From Balanoglossus misakiensis (taxonomy: Eukaryota; Animalia; Hemichordata), in the NCBI GenBank assembly GCA_040954595.2, contig CM082595.2, positions 8,476,317-8,540,316 on the forward strand: DNA of 64,000 nucleotides, given 5' to 3'. Each line of letters starts with the position of its first letter. Position 1 is the stretch's first letter. A model generated the notes under the pieces. It worked only from the letters and a program-made list of their open reading frames with translations. It searched no databases and was not told the origin of the DNA. Shown here piece by piece: positions 25,601 through 39,080 of the stretch. The position numbers and the translations under genes are program-made.

Positions 25601-28600
25601 TATAACCCATGATTTTTTTCTTCAAAACTGTGAAGAAATTTTGAACTTTCGCATAATCGAAAAATACTCTTTTTTGGGTGATTTTCATGAGCTGTTACTC
25701 ATGATTTTTTCAAAAATGAAGAAATTTTGAACTTTCGCAAAGACGAAAAATTGTCATTTTCTGGATGATTTTCATGAGCTATAACGCATGATTTTTTTCT
25801 TCAAAAATGTAAAGAAAATTTGAACTTTCGCAATATGAAAAAATTGTCATTTATTGATGATTTGCATTAGCTATAACCCATGATTTTCTTCAAAATCTTC
25901 TTTGAAGAAAATTTGATAATTCGCAATGTGGAAAAATTGTCATTTATGGATGATTTTCATTAGCTATAACCCATGATTTTTTTCAAAAAAGGGAAGAAAT
26001 TTTGAACTTTCGCAAAGTCGAACATTTTTCATTTTCGGACGATTTTCATTAGCTGTAACTCATGATTTTTTTCAAAAAATTAAGAAATTTTGAAATTTCG
26101 CAAAGTTGAAAAATTGTATTTTTGAGATGATTTTCATAAGCTATAACGCATGATTTTTTTCAAAAATGTGAAGAAATTTTGAAATTTCGCAGAGTCGAAA
26201 AATTGTCATTTTTGGACAATTTTCATGAGCTGTAACTCATGATTTTTTTCAAAAAATGAAGAAATTTTGAACTTTCGCAATGTGGAAAAATTGTATTTTT
26301 TAGGTCCCATTGGTATAGGCCTATATACCATGGGACCTTATGGGATGGGTTGCGTCTGTGTGTATGTATGGATGGATGGATGGATGTATGTATGGATGTA
26401 TGTCTGTATGTCCGTCCACATCAAAAACTTGAAAACCGCTGCGCGTATCACCTCAATATTTGGTGTGTAGGTGCAGGCAGGGCTGTAGATGGGAGTTTGT
26501 CCAAACGAAGTTGCCAGGCCCAAAAATATGCAAATTAGCTGGAAAAATGTGAAATTTATCAAAACTCTGTAAGTCAACAACTACTCGTCAGATTGCTTTA
26601 AAAATTGGTATGCATGTACCTTATGTCAACCTCACATCGACCTGTAAGTGTTAAGTTGATATCATGGATGTTTTATTTTTTATGAATTTTTTAATATTTT
26701 TATTAAATTTATACCTTTACTTATACCTCTATGGTTAAGCTATGTCCACGTCTTATTTTGGAATTCTGGTCTGTGCAATAGTCCTGTACAGTGACTGTCT
26801 ATTGGTCAGTGAGCACAATGGGGCCAAAATAAAAGGCAAATTTTTGGGCTCACCTGTAACACCTGCTTAACACATTAATTATGTGCATACCTAATTCCGG
26901 GCTAACTAACAGGGCTAGAGGTTTCGTTCTTGTGGGACATGGACCAGTATAGGGTCAAAATTTCTTGCCCAAATTTTGGGTGACCTCAGGTGACCTTTGA
27001 CCTACTTTCCTATATCTCGGCATCCAGAGCAGGTACAGACTTGGCGTTTGGAGGGTTGGGACTAAAATTGAAAAGCCATAATTGGGGGTCACCTGTGACA
27101 CCTGCATATCTCATTAATTATGTGCATACCTAATTCAGGCTGACCAATAAGGCTATAGGTTTGGTTTTTGTTGAACATGGACCAGTAAAGGATCAAAATT
27201 TCTTGCCCAAATTTTGCATGACCTCAGGTGACCTTTGACCTACTTTACCATATTTTGGCATCCAGAGCAGGTACAGACTTCGCGTTTGGAGGGTTGGCAC
27301 TAAATTTGAAAAGCCAAAATTGGGGGTCACCTGTGACACCTGCATATCTCATTAATTATGTGCATACCTAATTCCAGGCTAACCAATAAGGCTATAGGTT
27401 TGGTTTTTATTGAACATGGACCAGTATAAGGTCAACATTTCTTGCCCAAATTTTGCATGACCTCAGGTGACCTTTGACCTACTTTATCATATCTTGGCAT
27501 CCAGAGCAGGTACAGACTTGGCGTTTGGAGGGTTGGGACTAAAATTGAAAAGCCAAAATTGGGGGTCACCTGTGACACCTGCATATCTCATTAATTATGT
27601 GCATACCTAATTCCAGGCTAACCAATAGGGCTATAGGTTTGGTTTTTGTTGAACATGGACCAGTATAGGGTCAAAATTTCTTGCCCAAATTTTGCATGTC
27701 CTCAGGTGACCTTTGACCTACTTTTCTATATCTTGGCATCCATAGCAGATATGCTTATTGCTATGTTGCTATGTGCTATGTCCTCAAATGGGACCACAGT
27801 GTCCTTGACGCTATTTTTTGATGATTTTCATAAGCTATAACGCATGATTTTTTTCAAAAATGTGAAGAAATTTTGAAATTTCGCAAAGTCGAAAAATTGT
27901 CATTTCTGGACGATTTTCATGAGCTGTAACTCATGATTTTTTTCAAAAAATGAAGAAATTTTGAACTTTCGCAATGTGGAAAAATTTTATTTTTTGGATG
28001 ATTTTCATAAGCTATAACGCATGATTTTTTTCAAAAATGTGAAGAAATTTTGAAATTTCGCAAAGTCGAAAAATTGTCATTTTTGGACGATTTTCATGAG
28101 CTGTAACATGATTTTTTTTCAAAAAATGAAGAAATTTTGAACTTTCGCAATGTGGAAAAATTGTTATTTTTGGGTGATTTTCATGACCCATGATTTTTTT
28201 CAGAAAATGAAGACATTTTGAACTTTCGCAAAGACGAAAAATTGTCATTTTTTGGATGATTTTCATGATCTATTAACCATGATTTTTTTCTTCAAAACTG
28301 TGAAGAAATTTTGAACTTTCGCATAATCGAAAAATACTCTTTTTTGGGTGATTTTCATGAGCTATAACCCATGATTTTTTTCTTCAAAACTGTGAAGAAA
28401 TGTTGAACTTTCGCAAAGTCAAAAAATACTCCTTTTTGGGTGATTTTCATGAGCTGTTACTCATGATTTTTTTTTTAAAATGAAGAAATTTTGAAATTTC
28501 GTAAAGTCGAAAATTTGTCATTTTTTGATGATTTTCATAAGCTATAACGCATGATTTTTTTCAAAAATGTGAAGAAATTTTGAAATTTCGCACAGTCGAA

Positions 28601-31600
28601 AAATTGTCATTTTTGGACGATTTTCATGAGCTGTAACTCATGATTTTTTTCAATAAAATGAAGAAATTTTGAACTTTCGCAATGTGGAAAATTGTATTTT
28701 TTTGATGATTTTCATAAGCTATAACGCATGATTTTTTTCAAAAATGTGAAAAAATTTTGAAATTTCGCAAAGTCTAAAAATAGTCATTTTTGAACGATTT
28801 TCTGGACCTATAACCCATTATTTTCTTCAAAAAAAAGATGAAAAATTGTCATTTTTGGATGATTTTCATGATCTATAATGCATGATTTTTTCCTTCAAAA
28901 ATGTGAAGAAATTTTGAACTTTCGCAATGTGGAAAAATTGTCATTTTTGGATGATATTCATGAGCTATAACCCATGATTTTTTTCTTCAAAACTGTGAAG
29001 AAATGTTGAACTTTCGCAAAGTGAAAAAATACTCCTTTTTGGGTGATTTTCATGAGCTGTTACTCATGATTTTTTTAAAAAAAATGAAGACATTTTGAAA
29101 TTTCGCAAAGTCGAAAAATTGTAATTTTTTGATGGTTTTCATGAGCTGTAACGCATGATTTGTTTCAAAAAATGAAGAAATTTTGAAATTACGCAAAGTC
29201 GAAAATTTGTCATTTTTTGATGATTTTCATAAGCTATAACGCATGATTTTTTTCTTCAAAAATGTGAAGAAATTTTGAACTTTCGCAATGTGGAAAAATT
29301 GTCATATTTGGATGATTTTCATGAGCTATTACCCATGATTTTTTTTCTTCAAAACTGTGAAGAAATGTTGAACTTTCGCAAAGTCAAAAAATACTCCTTT
29401 TTGGACGATTTTCATGACCCATTATTTGTTTTTCAAAAAAGTAAAGAAATTTTGAACTTTCGCAAAGTCTAAAAATAGTCATTTTTGAACGATTTTCTGG
29501 ACCTATAACCCATTATTTTCTTCAAAAAATGAAGAAATTTTGAAATTTCGCAAAGTCGAAAAAATTGTTACGTTTGAGTGATTTTCATGACCCATGATTT
29601 TTTTCAAAAAATGAAGAAATTTTGAACGTTCGCAATGTTGAAAAATTGTCTTTTTGGGATGATGTTCATGGGCAATAACCCTTGATTTTTTTTCTTCAAA
29701 AATGTGAAGAAATTTTGAACTTTCGCAAAGATGAAAAATTGTCATTTTTGGATGATTTTCATGATCTATAACGCATGATTTTTTTCTTCAAAAATGTGAA
29801 GAAATTTTGAACTTTCGCAATGTGGAAAAATTGTCATATTTGGATGATTGTCATGAGCTATTACCCATGATTTTTTTTCTTCAAAACTGTGAAGAAATGT
29901 TGAACTTTCGCAAAGTCAAAAAATACTCCTTTTTGGACGATTTTCATGACCCATTATTTGTTTTTCAAAAAAGTAAAGAAATTTTGAACTTTCGCAAAGT
30001 CTAAAAATAGTCATTTTTGAACGATTTTCTGGACCTATAACCCATTATTTTCTTCAAAAAATGAAGAAATTTTGAAATTTCGCAAAGTCGAAAAAATTGT
30101 TACGTTTGAGTGATTTTCATGACCCATGATTTTTTTCAAAAAATGAAGAAATTTTGAACGTTCGCAATGTTGAAAAATTGTCTTTTTGGGATGATGTTCA
30201 TGGGCTATAACCCTTGATTTTTTTTCTTCAAAAATGTGAAGAAATTTTGAACTTTCGCAATGTGGAAAAATTGTCATTTTTGGATGATTTTCATAATCCA
30301 TGATTTTTTTCAAACAATGAACAAATTTTGAACTTTCGCAATGTGGAAAAATTGTCATTTTTGGATGATTTTCATTAGCTATAACCCATGATTTTTTTCC
30401 AAAAAATGAAGAAATTTTGAACTTTCAAAAAGTCAAAAAATTGTAATTTTTTGATGGTCTTCATGAGCTCTAACCCATGATTTTTTTCAAGAAAACGAAG
30501 AAATTTTGAACTTTCGCAAAGTCGAAAAGTTTTTATTTTTTGATGATTTTCAAGAGCCAAAACCCATGATTTTTTTTCCAAAAATGTGAAGAGATGTTGA
30601 ACTTGTGCAAAGTCGAAATTTTGTCATTTTGGACGATTTTCATGACCCATTATTTTTTTTTCAAAAAAGTAAAGAAATTTTGAACTTTCGCAAAGTCTAA
30701 AAATAGTCATTTTTGAACGATTTTCTGGACCTATAACCCATTATTTTCTTCAAAAAATGAAGAAATTTTGAAATTCGCAAAGTCGAAAAAATTGTTACGT
30801 TTGAGTGATTTTCATGACCCATGATTTTTTTCAAAAAATGAAGAAATTTTGAACGTTCGCAATGTTGAAAGATTGTCTTTTTGGGATGATGTTCATGGGC
30901 TATAACCCTTGATTTTTTTTCTTCAAAAATGTGAAGAAATTTTGAACTTTCGCAAAGATGAAAAATTGTCATTTTTGGATGATTTTCATGATCTATAACG
31001 CATGATTTTTTTTAAAAAATGAAGAAATTTTGAAATTTCACGAAGTCGAAAAATTATAATTTTTTGATGGTTTTCATGAGCTGTAACGCATGATTTTTTT
31101 CAAAAAATGAAGAAATTTTGAAATTTCGCAAAGCCGAAAAATTGTCATTTTTGGATGGTTTTCATGATCCATGATTTTTTTCAAAAAATGAAGAAATTTT
31201 GAACTTTCGCCATGTGGAAAAATTGTCATTTTTGGATGATTTTCATTAGCTATAACCCATGATTTTTTTTCCAAAAAATGAAGAAATTTTGAACTTTCAA
31301 AAAGTCAAAAAATGTAATTTTTTGATGATTTTCAAGAGCCAAAACCCACGATTTTTTTTCCAAAAATGTGAAGAGATGTTGAACTTGTGCAAAGTCGAAA
31401 TTTTGTCATTTTGGACAATTTTCATGACCCATGATTTTTTTCAAAAAATGAAGAAATTTTGAACTTTCGCAATGTGGACAAATTGTCATTTTTGGATGAT
31501 TTTCATGAGCTATAACGCATGATTTTTTTCTTAAAAAATGTGAAAAAATGTTGAACGTTCGCAATGTTGAAAAATTGTCATTTTGGGATGATGTTCATGG

Positions 31601-33699
31601 GCTATAACCCTTGATTTTATTTCTTCAAAAATGTGAAGAAATGTTGAACTTTCGCAAAGATGAAAAATTGTCATTTTTGGATGATTTTCATGATCTATAA
31701 CGCATGATTTTTTTCTTCAAAAATGTGAAGAAATTTTGAACTTTCGCAATGTGGAAAAATTGTAATTTTTGATTGATTTTCATGAGCTATAACGCATGAT
31801 TTTTTTCTTTAAAAATGTAAAGAAAATTTGAACTTTCTCAATGTGGAAAAATTGTCATTTTTGGATGATTTGCATTTTCTATATCCCATGATTTTCTTCA
31901 AAATGTGAAGAAAATTTGATCTTTCGCAATGTGGAAAAATTGTCATTTTTGGATGATTTTCATGAGCTATAACGCATGATTTTTTTCTTCAAAAATGTGA
32001 AAAAATGTTGAACGTTCGCAATGTTGAAAAATTGTCATTTTGGGATGATGTTCATGGGCTATAACCCTTGATTTTTTTCTTCAAAAATGTGAAGAAATAT
32101 TGAACTTTCGCAAATATGAAAAATTGTCATTTTTGGATGATTTTCATGATCTATAACGCATGGTATTATTCTTCAAAAATGTGAAGAAATTTTGAACTTA
32201 CGCAATGTGGAAAAATTGTCATTTTTGGATGATTTTCATGAGCTATAACCCATGATTTTTTTCTTCAAAACTGTGAAGAAATGTTGAACTTTCGCAAAGT
32301 CAAAAAATACTCCTTTTTGGGTGATTTTCAAGATCTGTTACTCATGATTTTTTTTAAAAAATGAAGAAATTTTGAAATTTCGCAAAGTCGAAAAATTGTA
32401 ATGTTTTGATGGTTTTCATGAGCTGTAACGCATGATTTTTTTCAAAAAATGAAGAAATTTTGAAATTTCGCAAAGTCGAAACAATTGTTATTTTTGGGTG
32501 ATTTTCATGACCCATGATTTTTCTTCAAAAATGTGAAGAAATTTTGAACTTTCGCAATGTGGAAAAATTGTAATTTTTGATTGATTTTCATGAGCTATAA
32601 CGCATGATTTTTTTCTTTAAAAATGTAAAGAAAATTTGAACTTTCTCAATGTGGAAAAATTGTCATTTTTGGATGATTTGCATTTTCTATATCCCATGAT
32701 TTTCTTCAAAATGTGAAGAAAATTTGATCTTTCGCAATGTGGAAAAATTGTCATTTTTGGATGATTTTCATGAGCTATAACGCATGATTTTTTTCTTCAA
32801 AAATGTGAAAAAATGTTGAACGTTCGCAATGTTGAAAAATTGTCATTTTGGGATGATGTTCATGGGCTATAACCCTTGATTTTTTTCTTCAAAAATGTGA
32901 AGAAATATTGAACTTTCGCAAATATGAAAAATTGTCATTTTTGGATGATTTTCATGATCTATAACGCATGGTATTATTCTTCAAAAATGTGAAGAAATTT
33001 TGAACTTACGCAATGTGGAAAAATTGTCATTTTTGGATGATTTTCATGAGCTATAACCCATGATTTTTTTCTTCAAAACTGTGAAGAAATGTTGAACTTT
33101 CGCAAAGTCAAAAAATACTCCTTTTTGGGTGATTTTCAAGATCTGTTACTCATGATTTTTTTTAAAAAATGAAGAAATTTTGAAATTTCGCAAAGTCGAA
33201 AAATTGTAATGTTTTGATGGTTTTCATGAGCTGTAACGCATGATTTTTTTCAAAAAATGAAGAAATTTTGAAATTTCGCAAAGTCGAAACAATTGTTATT
33301 TTTGGGTGATTTTCATGACCCATGATTTTTTTCAAAAATGTGAAGATATTTTGAACTTTCGCAAAGTCTAAAAATAGTCATTTTTGGACGATTTTCAGGA
33401 CCTATAACCCATGATTTTCTTCAAAAAATGAAGAAATTTAGAAATTTTGCAAAGTCGAAAAATTGTTATTTTGGGGTGATTTTTATGACCCATGATTTTT
33501 AAAAATTTTCATTTTTGGATGATTTTCATGAGCTATAACGCATGATTTTTTTCTTCAAAAATGTGAAGAAATTTTGAACTTTCGCAATGTGGAAAAATTG
33601 TAATTTTTGGATTATTTTCATGAGCTATAACCCATGATTTTTTTCAAAAAAGCGAAGAAATTGTGAACTTTCGCAAAGTCGAAAAATTCTCATTTTTGG

Positions 33700-34575
33700 A
33701 ATACGGAGTGCTGAGCAGAGAGAAAGATAAACTCGCTCAAACCGTCTCTTTCTGTCCGCATGACCAACCAAGGAGCGAAAAAGTCATTATTTAGGTCGTA
33801 ATAAAACGTTTTTGTCGCCGAGGGTTGAATAAAAAACGGTCAGATCATTGCGGGGGAAGGGAACTCTTATTCGCACCGCTGCGGTGCAGGGAACTCCTAT
33901 TCGCACCGCTGCGGTGCAGGGAACTCCTATTCGCACCGATGTGGTGCAAATAAGATCATTGGAATTATGCTGCAATAGAGTGCGGAAATTTCCGACTTTT
34001 TCGAGTACGCATCATGATGGCGAAGGGTTCAGGAAAGCTAGCCATTTACCTGAAGGTGTCAACTGATGTTGGTTCGAGACCAATTTTTTTCTATTTCTTT
34101 TTTTTTTGTGAGAACTTTTAACGACATCATCATTGTAAAGTCCGCAGCTCGGCATTTAATTGCGGGTCGAGAGGTACGGAGAATGCCATGATTTTACGCA
34201 ACGGGAAACATCAGTAGCACAGCGATTTCTGACTCTGACCTCCTTAGCGCTGAGGTCACGTGTATATGAACTGAGCAAAATGGCGGGAATAAAATTAGAT
34301 ACAATGTAAACGCTCTACATGAGAAGTGTTTTTTGAGCTATAGAAATCGAATTCAGTGAAGAAATGACATAAATGTTGTGTTTCGTGATATACTTTGAAT
34401 ATCTTTTGTCATTTTCTCGAAAAAGTTGGGCAATATACTGAACAAATCCATTTTCCTCCAGCGTGCAGGCGAATATTTGCATGTGAAAAGCACACATAGA
34501 ACGTCACCTATTCAAATGCAAATTACTAAAAATGACGTACACTTGCATAAGGGCCCTTTTCCCTTGCGGCGACCC
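33700..34575. mobile_element. Possible end of a non-autonomous DNA transposon (Sola2-like terminus, tentative)
   Basis: Ends TAAGGGCCCTTTTCCCTTGCGGCGACCC|AAAT; the opposite end was not found. Confidence 0.25.
33859..33949. repeat. 30-bp tandem repeat x3
   Basis: GGGAACTCCTATTCGCACCGCTGCGGTGCA, each with an internal GCACCGC-T-GCGGTGC palindrome. Confidence 0.85.
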
Positions 34576-35070
34576 AAATATTAGTGATGATTTGCCTACT
34601 TTATATGCCAGCACAGTCATGGGGTGACTGTGATGATGGTCGACAGTTAATACATTTGGAAAAAAAATTGTCTTGACATGTCTTTATATGCTGCAGTCAT
34701 GTCTGTAACTCCATGGTCATACAATATATTGAAACAGTCTGAGAATCAATGTAAGTTGACCACACTAAAAGTAGGACTGATCACAAATAAATATAAAACT
34801 AGATAGTTTCAGCTATAAGAAAGTGTAAGCTTACATTTTGTTCTATACTTGTCCTTCAACGACCCCATATTTGCACTGCTGGTTACAGTGTCATAAGTCC
34901 GCGTCCGTACGCCAGCTGACAACAACCCGTGTAACAATCTGTTGGATAATGTTCATAGCATTTCAAAGTTACGACGCGAGAGCATAATACATTGACGTAT
35001 TCTTGGTAAATAAAAGATGACAAAACAATATAAGTCCGTATCATACAATGTCACTGTATTTACACTTACC

Positions 35071-35601
35071 TGTAGTTGACGAGTAGTCTCCCGTTCGGTA
35101 AATACGGCGAAGAATTCCAATTGAATCCGTGATCTTCCTCGCACTTGAAACTGACCCTCCCCGCGTGGCCCATCATAGTCGTGCGCTTTGAGGCAAGAGT
35201 TCCTCGACATGCTCCGGAGTGTGATTCGACAGTTTTTACGAGGTTCTGGACACAGAGGGTCGTTGTCAAATACATCTGGTCCGTTCTATTGGACACCTCT
35301 GGTACACTGGTTCGTGGAAAGCACCTTCTTCTGGTTCGTCACGCATACCACCATTGCCGTTCGTTTCGTGACTCGTCAGGAAGAAATCAAGTACCGTTGA
35401 TAACACGTCAAAATTTGTTGCCCTACCCTCCTTCATCAGATTTCGAAGCTTTGAAATTTTACGTTGAATTGCTGTCTTATCTTCAGTAGTTGGGCCAACA
35501 AAATCAACATTTCCGCGGACAGTGTTATCCCGCACCCGACGTATGTGACGATCCCTGATTGCTTCCCTAGTCATGGAAGGACAAATCTCTGAACCCGGCA
35601 T
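35071..35601 (-). pseudogene. 5' exon of a probable Kolobok-superfamily transposase, frameshifted
   Basis: ORFs 35266-35601 and 35066-35296 join by a frameshift; CEEDHGFNWNSSPYLPNGRLLVNYR (CxxxHxxxWxSSP..VNxR) is followed by a GTAAGT donor. No downstream catalytic exons found. Confidence 0.4.
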
Positions 35602-35856
35602 GTTTAAAAAAACTCGAAAAATTAAAAAAAATGTTGACTGAAAATCTAAAAATATATCAAATTGTAAATAAAGAAAAACTGCAAATATTTAGTTTTTTTA
35701 ATTTTTTATTGGTATTTTAAAAATGTTTTCCTGTTTTTTTGGTTACTTTTTCATGAATATGCGAATTAGATATTACATATTCATGAGCACACAGGCATTG
35801 CCGAGCTTAGGTGGTTTCCAAGGCTTCAGCCTCGTGGTTGCGTGGTTTCATGTGTG

Positions 35857-37293
35857 CATGGAGGTACTAGAGAGAAGGAGCGAGGACGGATTTTAAGCGG
35901 ATTAACTCCCTTTCTTCTGAAGTGTGATAAGCTTCTTAAGTCTTTGTGTTTCTGTGTTGAAAGCGTCCTTTGAACCCACTGTGCGTTACCGCCGATTTTA
36001 CAGTTAGGTTTGCAAGATCTACGGGGTAATATTTCTATGATATTAAAAACACAATGCGCACATCGCGGACGAGCGTACTACATATGCGTGGTGACTTTTA
36101 TTTACATCTAGGGGTGAAGTTTACGCATCACCACTACCGGAAACGTGTCAGGCGGACGTCTTGGAAGACTTGTGGCGTTATTTTTCTTCTTTGTACAACC
36201 AAAAAGCATGATTTTGAAATGTATATTTTGAGTTTTTCGCAAACTTCCGCAAAAAACAATAAGTTGTTAGGTGTTCTTTGAAAACCAATCTTCCCGATGC
36301 AAGTATTTTTGTTCGCGTGGGATGGTGTGGGATGCCCGATAGTCACCATTGTAATTGCTAGTGCAGAGACTTTCGGCACAGCAGTTTGGTCTGGTTGAAT
36401 ATGCTAAATGTAAATCATGGAGACACGCCGCCAGCTATAATTTGTTTATCTACGCAAGCGCACAGCTTTTATGAACGCCTATCAGGTGATAAAAGGATGA
36501 GATCCTAATGATATCTGCAAACAGATTAAGACGCACATGGGGTTTATAGGAAACAATAACGTCCTCGCTCCTTCTATCTAGTACCTCCATAGTCTTGTTC
36601 TCACTAAAAGTTTTGACACCGGTGTAATGCCAGTGTTTACTCTCTGCAAACACAGGGGATTAGTCCACAGAATCTCCGTGCGTCCACACACTAAACTTTT
36701 GGCCACTGTTTTGAAATAAACATCGTCTAAATGGCCATGTTTAGCAACACGGCAACTAACAAAATTGAGGACGTCGAGGACATTACAGCAACATGTTGCA
36801 GTTTCTATACCTGCATATGCGTTCTAGACGACTTTGTGACAGTTTTGATAATGTTTAGAAGTAAATGAATGTTAATCCATAAATGGAAAATGCCTCAGCT
36901 TTTCGGTGATCGAGAGAACCTTCCGAAAGTTGGTAGCAGACAGAAGTGTTGCAGACCATGCAAACTGCGAATGGTTTGAAAACCACTCACGTCCAGTGTG
37001 ATTGACTTAACAATGGAAACTGACCAAAGACAATGGGCTATACCTAATAAACATACCCAAAAGTCACTGCAGGGTGGCGCTTTTGAACGGTGTTTGTTTA
37101 TCTTTGCGTTCTCACTGACTATTTGCGTCGGAGCGCTGGCCCAGCACTGGCCCTGACCCGCCACCCATCGCCGTCGCAAATCAACACCGGCCCAACACCG
37201 GTGTAAAGCGTTCTCACTTGTTTTTTTCCGTCGGTGTCAAATCTACACCGCTGTAGCACCGGTGTAAACGTGCCAGTGAGAACGCCCTATATG
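35857..37293. mobile_element. P-element-like MITE with a second element inserted at its right tip
   Basis: TIR CATGGAGGTACTAGA(G/T)AGAAGGAGCGAGGACG at 35857 and inverted at ~36560-36590; 7-bp direct repeat ATGTGTG at 35850-56 and 37294-300. Confidence 0.65.
36591..37288. mobile_element. Harbinger/ISL2EU-like non-autonomous element with imperfect TIRs
   Basis: AGTCTTGTTCTCACT..ACACCGGTG versus inverted CACCGGTGT..AGTGAGAACGCCCT; it separates the P-like TIR from its TSD. Confidence 0.4.
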
Positions 37294-39080
37294 ATGTGTG
37301 GGCCGGCGTGGACCGAAACGGCGAGGTTTTGACGAAAATTCGGCAAAAAAATGTCAAAAATCTCCCCGTTTCGGTCCTTAAATGTGCCCAAAGCTCATAA
37401 CACATTCAGAAAACGACGTTTGCGAGCGAATGGACAGAAGTAAAATAGTCTATGGTATTGTATCGCGACAGACATGTGCATCGTGTGGGCGGTACGCGGT
37501 ACATCCGATTCATGTTGTTTTAGTCGATGCCTTCATTTCCTGCCAACGTAATCGTCGGTGTAAGACTGCTTTTTACGGTAAACTGTACAATGAAGGTAAG
37601 TTCTTATCAGCTATTTTCGGATTGCATGTGATGCGAGTTTCGTTCGGTACGTGCGATCGATAGTATGGCATGCAGAGGACGGCCTAAGTATAATCTCATT
37701 CTGGGTCATAGCAGTGGTGTTTTCTGGCAATTTTTGTCTGACATTTTGCGGGCAATTTTCTGATCGACACGGAAAAAGAGCCCGTAAAAAGGAAAAGTAC
37801 AATTAGCCAGAAAACACCACAGCTGCAGCTATGGACCCACGCCACGCACAGTCTGACTTGGGCGGGAAAACCTTGTTTGTAGCATTTTCCTGTGCAACTA
37901 GGCCATATGTTAATTACTTGTTTGTTAAGTCTTGTAACACTCCTTTGTCTCAATTTATTGTGTAGCACACTGTTTCCAGTCTCCTTGTATTAACAAAGTG
38001 CTGGTGCAGGTGGTGTTTACAATGTGAGATTTGAACACTGCCAGGTTGGGGGTTGAAACCAAAGGGTCCCATTATTTTGGGAGAAGTGGTTCAACAACAT
38101 TGTCAAGAAATGTGCATTTTTATGAGTGACAAATATAGATGATTGCCTTTCCATCAAAATTCAAAACTACATAGTTATTGTTTATTAACATCAAGCAGAA
38201 AATTGAAAGTCTTAGCCACAGCTACAAGATTGGTTGTGGCCACAGCCTGAACACAGACATACAAATGCCATGCATTTGGTACTAAATTTTGGTAGCAAAT
38301 GACAAGGAAAGAACATCTGATTTGGAAGTAAATTATACAATGCAAACATTTGGAAAAATTATTTACAGTAAATTAAACCACAACAAAATGAACTTAAATT
38401 CACCAAAGTTAACAATATCTTGTATATTTACTCTGCATCAGAAGTCACAAAAATCTCCATGTCATTAGAAAAATATGCCATATTTCTGAATGTACGTGTA
38501 GTGTACAAAATATGTCCACACTGAGTAATCAAATTGCATGCACATACAGCTGGAAATACTTCACCTCTCAGTTATAATCAATATTCCAGCGTTTCAAAAA
38601 ATGTGTTGCCATTTTTGTTTGTTTGTACAATTTCAATATACGTTTATTTCTCTTGTAATCTTCCAAATTTGGTGCACAACCCCAATGATTTATGCAATAT
38701 TCTTGTTCCCACTCTTTGATTGACAGCTTGGCTATGCTGTATGATTTCATCAGCTTTGTTCCTACTTCACCTTAGCTTCTATATATTCATTTATTAACTT
38801 CTTATCATTGGGAAGGGCCTTCAAAGAATTATTCGACTTCTTTTGTCTCTCCAAGGACAAATATCAGACTGTCCATCGTGGTTGAAGAAGTATCACTAAC
38901 TTTACTCTGAGATTGATGACTCTTCATGTGTGGCTGTTATCTTTGCTGTTGATTTGGCAACTTCTTTGATACTTGACTTGCCTGAATGCAAACAAGAAAA
39001 CAACATTAAGGTTTAAAAGCAATTTCCTTTTGGGCCACTTAAACTGACCTGGGGTTCCGCAAGGTCAACATGAAATATTG

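Larger units (their letters stand above)
10747..27813 (+). repeat. Higher-order tandem amplification of satellite plus HINE-C (alternating ~2734/2973-bp units, ~5.7-kb period)
   Basis: Full HINE-C at 15403-16433, 18137-19406, 21110-22140, 23845-25114, 26302-27813; truncated 5' stubs at 14884, 17619, 20591, 23326; identical ORF translations recur at 15261, 17995, 20968, 23703. Confidence 0.92.
1825..33699. repeat. ~80-bp satellite DNA array, interrupted by insertions
   Basis: Many tandem variants of CATGATTTTTTTCAAAAAATGAAGAAATTTTGAACTTTCGCAAAGTCGAAAAATTGTCATTTTTGGATGATTTTCATGAGCTATAACC; abrupt end at ~33699. Confidence 0.97.

Noticed and set aside
10432-31462. Many repeated ORFs (MTIF..CESSKFLH.., MLTYRVLINF..)
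   Set aside because: Translations of satellite and HINE microsatellite sequence with no protein motifs.
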